This document shows positions 36,060-42,989 of a stretch of 64,000 nucleotides of DNA, piece by piece. This DNA comes from Minisyncoccota bacterium (lineage in GTDB: Bacteria; Patescibacteriota; Minisyncoccia; Phycocordibacterales; Phycocordibacteraceae). Where the stretch lies: NCBI GenBank assembly GCA_018062765.1, contig JAGORR010000001.1:356930-420929 (forward strand), read 5' to 3'. Numbering within the stretch: the stretch's first letter is position 1; the number at the start of each line of letters is the position of its first letter. The notes beneath the pieces were generated by a model. That model saw nothing but the letters and a program-made list of their open reading frames with translations. It did not search any database and was not told where the DNA came from. A program made the translations under genes and the position numbers.

Positions 36060-36930
36060 GAAGAGCGCGTCCGCTGGCGCGTCTTCACGCAGACCCGCGC
36101 CGAAAGCGGGCAAACGTGTCGATACCTCCGTGCCTTTGCGGGCGCGCAGGAAGCGAGCCCGTAATCGCTCGCTCGTCATAGCGTGCGTCGTCCTCGCGCT
36201 TCTTGCGGGAGGTGCGATCTACGCGCTTAATCATCCGTCGCTACGCATACGGACGATCGAGACGGATGGCGCGCACAAGCTCGAGATGGAAGCGATAGCG
36301 AAAACCGCCATGGGGGGTACGTTCATCGGCGTGATACCGCAGGACTCGATACTCTTTTTCTCACAGCACGAGATACGCTCCTCGATACTCGCGAAGCTTC
36401 CGGATGTTTCCGCGCTCTCCATACAACGCACCGGGCTTTCCTCGATACGCATCTCGGCGGTCGAACGCGCGGAGGCCTTCTCATGGTGCGGAGTTTCAGC
36501 GGCCCTTCCCGCCGCAGGATGCTACGAGGCCGATGGCGAGGGGTTTATCTACCGGCTCCGAGAGAGTGCTACTACATTGCTGCGTATCTATGCGCCCCTT
36601 GCAGACGGCGACACGGAGCCGGTGGGTGCGACCGTGGAAGCCGCGCGACAGGTACCCTTCGCGCTCCAGCTCGTACGCGCTATAGAGTCCTTGGGTGCTG
36701 GCGTCGAGTCTGTGGAGCTGCGGGGAGATGAGGCAGATCTCTATGTATACGGCAGCCGCTCCCGCATCACGTATATCCTCGGGCAGGAGGCCGCGGCAGC
36801 GGCCCTCGCTGCGAGCGTGATGCCGACGATCTCCATGACGGATGGGTCCATCGACTACCTGGATCTCCGCTTCGAGGGGAAGGCATACGTGAGCCGCAGG
36901 CAATCCCCAGTAGACAACGCCGCAGAGTGA
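36022..36930 (+). CDS. FtsQ/DivIB-like cell-division protein (basic tail, TM, POTRA-like)
   Basis: 302 aa. Arg/Lys-rich N-terminus. TM helix LVIACVVLALLAGGAIYAL, then LRIRTIETDG... The start overlaps the serS end by 38 nt and is uncertain. Confidence 0.5.
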   Translation: MSAKRSWDITPGKKSASAGASSRRPAPKAGKRVDTSVPLRARRKRARNRSLVIACVVLALLAGGAIYALNHPSLRIRTIETDGAHKLEMEAIAKTAMGGTFIGVIPQDSILFFSQHEIRSSILAKLPDVSALSIQRTGLSSIRISAVERAEAFSWCGVSAALPAAGCYEADGEGFIYRLRESATTLLRIYAPLADGDTEPVGATVEAARQVPFALQLVRAIESLGAGVESVELRGDEADLYVYGSRSRITYILGQEAAAAALAASVMPTISMTDGSIDYLDLRFEGKAYVSRRQSPVDNAAE

Positions 36931-36945
36931 TATAAGACTTTACGT

Positions 36946-37947
36946 ATGGATTCCTTCTGGAGCCGGCTGCCACGGCCCTTTTTCGTGCTCGCCCCTATGG
37001 CGGACGTGACCGACGCAGCCTTCCGCTCACTCATCGCGGAGAAGGGCGCGCCGCACGTAACCTGGACCGAGTTCGTCTCGGCTGACGGCCTCTATCACAC
37101 GCGCGAGCCGCGCAGCGATGGTTCCGTCGTGTACGCCTCGGACGCTGAGAATCCGCTCATCCGGGACCTCCGCTTCACGGAGGGCGAGCGACCCATCGTC
37201 GCACAGCTCTTCTCCGCAAAGCCGGAAATGATGAGATACGGTGCGAAGCTGTGCGCGGAGCTCGGATTCGATGGTATCGATATCAATATGGGTTGCCCGG
37301 ATAAGACCATCGAGAAGCAGGGCTGCGGCGCGGCGATGATCAAGGACCCGGCACTTGCTGCGAGCGTTCTTGAGGCTGCACGCGAGGGCGCTCGAGAAGG
37401 GAGGGCAGGCGGATTGCCGGTCTCCGTAAAGACCCGTATCGGATACAGCCGCGAAGACATCGACGGCTGGATACGTCATGCCATAACCATGCGTCCTGAT
37501 GCTCTTACGGTGCATCTGCGTACACGCAAAGAGATGTCCTTAGTGCCCGCGCACTGGGAGCTGATGCCGCGTATCGTTGCGCTGCGTGATGAAATAGCGC
37601 CCGGGATGCCAATCATCGGAAACGGGGATGCGGAGGATCTGGATGATGCGCGAAAAAAAGCAGAAGCGTCCGGATGCGATGGCGTCATGCTCGGCCGAGG
37701 TATATTCGGCAATCCATGGCTGTTTTCAGGCAGGAATCTCGCTGATATTCCTCTCGACGAGAGGCTAGCAGCACTCGTCGAGCTCGCCAAGCGCTTCGAG
37801 ACGCTCGCACCCCGAAAATCATTCCACATACTAAAGAAGCACGTAAAAGCGTTCGTAAAGGATTTCGATGGGGCGGCCGAATTGCGCGGCAAGCTCATGC
37901 AAACGGAAACTGCGGCAGAACTCGAGAACGTCGCTGGTACGCTATAA
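36946..37947 (+). CDS. dus: tRNA-dihydrouridine synthase
   Basis: 333 aa. Contains LAPMADVTDAAFR and GFDGIDINMGCP. Confidence 0.9.
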   Translation: MDSFWSRLPRPFFVLAPMADVTDAAFRSLIAEKGAPHVTWTEFVSADGLYHTREPRSDGSVVYASDAENPLIRDLRFTEGERPIVAQLFSAKPEMMRYGAKLCAELGFDGIDINMGCPDKTIEKQGCGAAMIKDPALAASVLEAAREGAREGRAGGLPVSVKTRIGYSREDIDGWIRHAITMRPDALTVHLRTRKEMSLVPAHWELMPRIVALRDEIAPGMPIIGNGDAEDLDDARKKAEASGCDGVMLGRGIFGNPWLFSGRNLADIPLDERLAALVELAKRFETLAPRKSFHILKKHVKAFVKDFDGAAELRGKLMQTETAAELENVAGTL

Positions 37948-37959
37948 TCGGGGCACGCT

Positions 37960-39003
37960 ATGGCAGAACTCTCCTTGTATCGTCGCTACCGTCCGCAGTC
38001 CTTCAAAGAAGTCATGGGGCAGGAGCATATTACGGGGACTCTTGAAAGTCAGGTCGAGGGTAAGACGTTCGCGCACGCGTACCTGTTTGCCGGCTCTAGG
38101 GGTTTGGGAAAGACGTCCATAGCGCGCATTTTCGCTCGCGAACTAGGTGCGGATGAGCGCGACATAAGGGAGATCGACGCAGCAAGCCACAACGGCGTCG
38201 ATCACATCCGCGCGCTTTCAGAAGAGGTGTACACGATGCCGTTCTCCTCGCCCTATAAGGTCTACATACTGGATGAGGCGCACATGCTCTCTAAGAACGC
38301 ATGGAATGCGTTTCTGAAGACTTTGGAGGAGCCGCCCGCGCACGCGGTTTTCATCCTCGCGACGACAGAGCTCGAGAAAGTACCGGAGACCGTAAAATCC
38401 CGGTGCCAGGTGTTCGAGTTCAGGAAGCCATCTAAAGGTGCGCTCGCAAAGCTCGTGGCGTCGGTCGCGAAGAAGGAGGGGTACCAGATAGAGACTGCAG
38501 CAGCAGACCTCGTCGCCATGCTCGCCGACGGTTCGTACCGTGATTCACTCTCGGTACTCGAGCGCGTCCTCGCTTCCGCGAGCGACAGGAGCATCACGCT
38601 TTCAGAGACTGAGAAGGTCACGGGAGCTCCGAAGCGCGAGCTCGTGGCAACGCTTGCCGCAGCGCTCGGCAAAGGGGACGCTGGCGAAGCGCTCGCCACG
38701 CTTAGAAGGGCATCAGAAGGGGACGTAGATATGTCGCTTTACCTCGATCTTCTGCTCGAATACGTGCGCGCAACGCTGCTCGTTCGTTACGCACCGACGC
38801 TCCGCAAGGTGATAGAGGAGGAGCAGGGGGGCGATGCGTACGCGGGAATCCTCGCGCTCGCTGAAGACAAGGACTCGAAGCTGACGCACGACGTCCTGAA
38901 AGCACTCCTTGAAGCAGCCTCCCAGATGCGGTACGCGAGCGTGCCTGCGCTACCCCTGGAGCTTGCGATACTCGGGCTTTTTGCAGGCAGCAGAGAGTTA
39001 TAA
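37960..39003 (+). CDS. dnaX: DNA polymerase III gamma/tau subunit (short form)
   Basis: 347 aa. Contains YRPQSFKEVMGQEH, GSRGLGKTS, ILDEAHML and SRCQVFEF. Confidence 0.9.
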   Translation: MAELSLYRRYRPQSFKEVMGQEHITGTLESQVEGKTFAHAYLFAGSRGLGKTSIARIFARELGADERDIREIDAASHNGVDHIRALSEEVYTMPFSSPYKVYILDEAHMLSKNAWNAFLKTLEEPPAHAVFILATTELEKVPETVKSRCQVFEFRKPSKGALAKLVASVAKKEGYQIETAAADLVAMLADGSYRDSLSVLERVLASASDRSITLSETEKVTGAPKRELVATLAAALGKGDAGEALATLRRASEGDVDMSLYLDLLLEYVRATLLVRYAPTLRKVIEEEQGGDAYAGILALAEDKDSKLTHDVLKALLEAASQMRYASVPALPLELAILGLFAGSREL

Positions 39004-39013
39004 TCAAAACACC

Positions 39014-39328
39014 ATGCAGAAAAGGATACTGCTCATAGAAGTGCTCCTGACGCTTGCGGTTAACTCGTTGCTTCTCATCAACCTGCCATACCTCACTGAT
39101 TCATACCCAGACTTAGCTGCGCTCGCTGGCGCGGTAATCTTGTTTGCTTTCCTTTCGGTGATCAACATAACGATGATCATCCGTTCGTTTGTGAATAAGG
39201 AAGCAAATAACCGCAAGGCGTATGTACTGGCATTGATCGTTACATTCCTGCTCGGCCCAGTATTGATGTATTTCATGCTCGACACGTTCGGTAGCTGGAT
39301 CATGGAGGTGAGCGCGTCCCTCGTTTAA
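39014..39328 (+). CDS. hypothetical membrane protein
   Basis: ORF track 38909..39328, with the start at ATG 39014 (MQKRILLIEV). Three or four TM helices. Lower GC than its neighbours. Confidence 0.5.
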   Translation: MQKRILLIEVLLTLAVNSLLLINLPYLTDSYPDLAALAGAVILFAFLSVINITMIIRSFVNKEANNRKAYVLALIVTFLLGPVLMYFMLDTFGSWIMEVSASLV

Positions 39329-39372
39329 TCAAGTCTTTTCAATTTTCGTAACCGTTGTATCGTTAGAGTCAT

Positions 39373-39443
39373 TGGGGGGTCGTCTAATGGTAGGACAGAG
39401 GCCTTTGAAGCCTTTAATTTTGGTTCGACTCCAAGCCCCCCAG
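39373..39443 (+). tRNA. tRNA-Gln (anticodon TTG)
   Basis: Hand-folded. Acceptor TGGGGGG/CCCCCCA (U1-A72). Anticodon arm GAGGC-cTTTGaa-GCCTT. T arm TTTGG-TTCGACT-CCAAG. Confidence 0.88.
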
Positions 39444-39538
39444 CCAACTTGAGCGAGGTTCTTGCGTCCGAGACGCATTGAACTAAGCCAAGACTCCATT
39501 CAGAAAAGGCATACCGGCTGAGAGTCGCATTCAGAACG

Positions 39539-39562
39539 AAAAACCGCCCTAGGGCGGTTTTT
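39539..39562 (+). terminator. intrinsic terminator
   Basis: AAAAACCGCCC-tag-GGCGGTTTTT. Confidence 0.75.
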
Positions 39563-39585
39563 CGTTTGCGCGTTATAATTGGATT

Positions 39586-40233
39586 ATGAAGGTTACGAAA
39601 TTCGCCCATTCCTGTCTCCTCATCGAAACCGATGAAGTTCGTATCCTTACCGATCTGGGCTCTTGGAATACTGGGGTTCCAGATATATCCGATCTCAATG
39701 CAGTTCTTATAACCCACGAACATGCGGATCATTTCGAGCCAGAGAAGCTCAAGGTTGTTCTAGAGAAGAACCCCGAAGCGAAGGTTATAACTCATGCGGC
39801 TGTAGGCTCGAAGCTCGAGGAAGTGGGAATCGCCTATACCACTATCGAGCCAGGGCAGAACATCGACGTAAACGACGTTTCTATTGAAAGCTACGGAACT
39901 GACCATGCGATTATCTACGGCGATACTTCACCTTGCCGCAACACGGGCTACCTCATTGCCGGAAAGCTATTTATTCCAGGTGATGCGCTTCATGATGTGC
40001 CACCAAAACAGGTTGAGATTCTTGCGCTCCCAACAGGGGGCCCATGGCTGAAGATCTCAGAAGCTATCGACTACGGTAAGGCAATAAAACCGAAGATTAC
40101 ATTTCCAATACACGACGCGATGTATACCGATGCATACAAGCAAACTAGTATTCCTCGCTGGATCGGGACGCAGCTTGAGGCGAACGGAACTAAGTTTATA
40201 AACATGGCGGATAACTCCACTGAAGAATTCTAG
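39586..40233 (+). CDS. MBL-fold metallo-hydrolase
   Basis: 215 aa. Contains LITHEHADH (HxHxDH). Confidence 0.85.
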   Translation: MKVTKFAHSCLLIETDEVRILTDLGSWNTGVPDISDLNAVLITHEHADHFEPEKLKVVLEKNPEAKVITHAAVGSKLEEVGIAYTTIEPGQNIDVNDVSIESYGTDHAIIYGDTSPCRNTGYLIAGKLFIPGDALHDVPPKQVEILALPTGGPWLKISEAIDYGKAIKPKITFPIHDAMYTDAYKQTSIPRWIGTQLEANGTKFINMADNSTEEF

Positions 40234-40235
40234 AC

Positions 40236-40337
40236 ATGAAACTCTTTCTAGCTTCGTCAGCAGATAAGACTCTTTCAGAATTAGAAAAAGTTTGCCCTAA
40301 GATTGGGAAGAGGGTTCTATTCAGGAACCGCCCATAG
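40236..40337 (+). pseudogene. 33-codon fragment resembling the N-terminus of a peptidase S51 (PepE-like) gene
   Basis: MKLFLASSADKTLSELEKVCPKIGKRVLFRNRP then stop. AT-rich relative to flanks. The resemblance is short and unverified. Confidence 0.3.
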
Positions 40338-40384
40338 GGGCCGCGTGTCTGGTACATCGGCGAAGGCTCGCTTAGAATGCACGA

Positions 40385-40783
40385 ATGGCGACAAAAGCGA
40401 CGATTCGTACTCCGGAAACAGAGGCCAGGTACGCGGCAGAGCGGAGCAGACGCCCTGCGGACTACGGGTGTCCTCTCTGTAAGGCAGAGACGGTGAAGGA
40501 TTTCACCCATTGGAGGATCGTGCGCAATGATTTCCCGTACGACCTTATTGCGAAGCAGCACGACATGATCCTCTCCAAGAGGCACGTGACGGAGCATGAG
40601 CTCACGGAGGAAGAGAAAGCAGAGTACGCGACTATCAAGGACGGATATGCCCAGGAGCAGGGATATAACTACATCGCTGAAGCGACGCATGACGCGAAAT
40701 CCGTACCTGCGCACCACCACGTACATCTCATAACGCTGCGGGACGATAACTGGGAGAGGATAGCTTCACCGGCAGTTCATTAA
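40385..40783 (+). CDS. HIT-family (histidine triad) protein
   Basis: 132 aa. C-terminal histidine triad-like PAHHHVHLI. Confidence 0.65.
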   Translation: MATKATIRTPETEARYAAERSRRPADYGCPLCKAETVKDFTHWRIVRNDFPYDLIAKQHDMILSKRHVTEHELTEEEKAEYATIKDGYAQEQGYNYIAEATHDAKSVPAHHHVHLITLRDDNWERIASPAVH

Positions 40784-40884
40784 GCACGCGGTACAAGTAG
40801 CTGCTGAGTCGTGGTGCGTTGCGGCGTCAACCGACGGCGCGCGTAGTACGATTAAGACGCGCCTTATCAGGAATCACTTCACCC

Positions 40885-41037
40885 ATGCTTTACACCATCG
40901 CGACCATCCTGCTGATCCTCTGGATCCTAGGATTCGTGACCGGCTACACCATAGGGAATTTCATCCATATTCTCCTCGTGATTGCCGTGATCATGATCCT
41001 CATCCGTCTCATCCGCGGAGAGAACCCCATCGCCTGA
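40885..41037 (+). CDS. lmo0937-family small membrane protein
   Basis: ORF track 40819..41037, with the start at ATG 40885. MLYTIATILLILWILGFVTGYTIGNFIHILLVIAVIMILIRLIRG matches this family's characteristic sequence. Confidence 0.75.
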   Translation: MLYTIATILLILWILGFVTGYTIGNFIHILLVIAVIMILIRLIRGENPIA

Positions 41038-41067
41038 CCTTTACCCGTACCCACTAGCATTATCCTC

Positions 41068-41250
41068 ATGAACCAAGGCAACAGCACCACCAACGTCATA
41101 CTCGTACTCCTCTTAGTCGCTGTCGTAGGCCTCGGTGTCTGGTACTTCGCGTACCGCACACCTGTTGAAGAGTCGTCAGACGCCGGGATTAACATCGAAC
41201 TTGATGGCGGCGGAAGCGGAGAGTCCGACGGAACTGACACAACCTTCTAG
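41068..41250 (+). CDS. hypothetical small membrane protein
   Basis: 60 aa. One TM helix and an acidic Gly-rich tail. Confidence 0.5.
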   Translation: MNQGNSTTNVILVLLLVAVVGLGVWYFAYRTPVEESSDAGINIELDGGGSGESDGTDTTF

Positions 41251-41271
41251 CGAGCGAGGTGCTCTAAGCGC

Positions 41272-41544
41272 ATGGATGACTTTCTCAAGATGGACGTGTT
41301 CTTCGTTGTCGCGACGGGGAGCATGCTCATCCTCAGCGCGTTCGCCGCAATCATCCTTTGGCGCATCGCGCGTATCCTCAAGGAAGTAGAGCGCGTAACC
41401 CGTGAGGTCGCGGCCGAGAGCGAGCTCATCCGCGCGGATATAGAGGACTTCAGAGGTCGCGTTCGCACTGGGAAGGCGACATTCCGCTCATTCATGCGGC
41501 TTATCGGGAACCTCGGGAAACATGGACGAAGCAAGGACGATTAG
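41272..41544 (+). CDS. hypothetical membrane protein (DUF948-like: TM helix + coiled coil)
   Basis: 90 aa. TM helix, then a charged helical region EVERVTREVAAESELIRADIEDF. Confidence 0.5.
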   Translation: MDDFLKMDVFFVVATGSMLILSAFAAIILWRIARILKEVERVTREVAAESELIRADIEDFRGRVRTGKATFRSFMRLIGNLGKHGRSKDD

Positions 41545-41561
41545 CGGCTAAGCATACGCAC

Positions 41562-41960
41562 ATGGATAAGAAAACCACCCAAGCACTTGAGATCGGCGCA
41601 GGCGTCGCGGCCGCAGCGGCGATAGTCGGTGCCGGTTATTACTTCTACGCGAGTCCGGAAGCGAAGAAGCATCGGCAAGCGGCTTCGAAGTGGGCTACCG
41701 GTCTTAAGCGGTCGGTTATCAAGGAAGCGAAGAAGCTCGGGAAGCTCGACGCTAAATCAATCGCTCGCATCGTCGACGATGCGGCTATGGCATACGAGGA
41801 TGCAAGAAACCTCAAGAAGTCGGACCTCACAGCAGCGATGAAGGAGCTGAAGTCGAACTGGAAGCTGGTTGCGGCAGAGGCTGGGGCCGGTGCTACTGGC
41901 GCAGCAAGGACTGCCGTGAAGCGGGCGGCGCCTAGGAAGTCTGCAAAGAAGAGATCATAG
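41562..41960 (+). CDS. hypothetical membrane protein (YtxH-like architecture)
   Basis: 132 aa. N-terminal Gly/Ala TM helix, then a Lys/Ala-rich helical region. Confidence 0.5.
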   Translation: MDKKTTQALEIGAGVAAAAAIVGAGYYFYASPEAKKHRQAASKWATGLKRSVIKEAKKLGKLDAKSIARIVDDAAMAYEDARNLKKSDLTAAMKELKSNWKLVAAEAGAGATGAARTAVKRAAPRKSAKKRS

Positions 41961-41963
41961 CGC

Positions 41964-42296
41964 ATGAACATACTCATCCGTTGGCTGCTGTTCGCTCTCG
42001 CTATCTACGTATCTGCATATGTCGTGCCGGACGTGGAGACGACCGTGCCCGCCGCCTTCGTGCTCGCGATCGTACTGGGCCTCATCAATGCGTTCCTGAA
42101 GCCGATTCTCGTGCTTCTGACGCTCCCCATAACGATCGTCACGCTCGGTCTCTTCGCGCTCGTCCTCAACGCACTCCTCGTCATGCTCGCGGACGCCATC
42201 GTGCCTGGGTTCGAGACAGCTGGATTCATTTCAGCGCTCCTGTTCTCAATCGTGCTTGCGCTGGTCGGCTATGTACTGAAGCGCTTCGATGATTAA
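41964..42296 (+). CDS. phage-holin-4-like (YvlD/DUF360-type) membrane protein
   Basis: 110 aa, four TM helices. INAFLKPILVLLTLPITIVTLGLFALVLNALLVMLA is typical of this family. Confidence 0.7.
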   Translation: MNILIRWLLFALAIYVSAYVVPDVETTVPAAFVLAIVLGLINAFLKPILVLLTLPITIVTLGLFALVLNALLVMLADAIVPGFETAGFISALLFSIVLALVGYVLKRFDD

Positions 42297-42356
42297 GTGC
42301 TATAGTCCCCGACAGGCTCAGGTTCCTTCCTGAAGCGGACAAGCAAGGGGGTATAG

Positions 42357-42902
42357 ATGGTCACTAAGCCACGTGCCTGGGGTGTAAAAGCACCTGCGGC
42401 AGAGCCAGGCACGGATACGAAACTCAAAGTTCTCATTCTGGTAAAGAAGGGGTGCGACGATCTGGCTCGAGCAGTGAAAATGGAGCTCGAACAGTTCGGC
42501 ATCGCATACGGATGCGTGCCCTTGAAGTCCAGCACCGGGTGCGGTGCTGCCTCGAGCATAGTGCGCACCTGCCCGGAGAGCGGTTACGGCGCGATTATCG
42601 TCATCTCAGGCGACTCCGTCCACGAAGCACACATGCTCACGCGAGCGAGCGTCGTGCCCATGTGCCTGGTGCTCAACACCGGAGGCAGGTCAGCTAAGCA
42701 TTGGTTGCGCTCCATGTCGGACCTGATTGGCGTTGAGGTCGGAAGCGGCATACCGGTCTTTCTCTCGGGTGATCCGCATGATGACCTAACCGCAGCAGGG
42801 AACGCGGCGCTCCACGCCGCGAAGTGCCTCGCGCTCCACGACCAAAAGCTGCGCAAACGCATCTACATGCTCATCGTAGAGGGTTCTCCAGCTTCGATAT
42901 GA
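42357..42902 (+). CDS. degenerate PurE/AIR-carboxylase-fold protein
   Basis: 181 aa, aligned by eye to E. coli PurE. GYGAIIVISGDSVHEAHM matches [18 protein letters not shown]. GIPVF...AGNAALHAAKCLALHDQKLRKRI matches GIPVG...AANAALLAAQILATHDKELHQRL. The SAHR and GGAAHLPG motifs are lost. Confidence 0.6.
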   Translation: MVTKPRAWGVKAPAAEPGTDTKLKVLILVKKGCDDLARAVKMELEQFGIAYGCVPLKSSTGCGAASSIVRTCPESGYGAIIVISGDSVHEAHMLTRASVVPMCLVLNTGGRSAKHWLRSMSDLIGVEVGSGIPVFLSGDPHDDLTAAGNAALHAAKCLALHDQKLRKRIYMLIVEGSPASI

Positions 42903-42989
42903 CATCGCGCGCCGCACGCTCTGTGCGGCGCGTTCCTTTATCCCTCATCGCGAGGCATGGTGCTCTACGCGTAGCCTATACTAGAGCGC

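Noticed and set aside
39444-39538. Possible trailer element after tRNA-Gln (hairpin GCGTC-cga-GACGC, CCAAGACTCC, a direct repeat CATTCAGAA).
   Set aside because: It has no AGCA or AGCG hairpin, no GAGTGACG or GTCGACG loop, no clear antisense T-arm block and no 3'-end mimic. I treat it as an ordinary spacer plus terminator.
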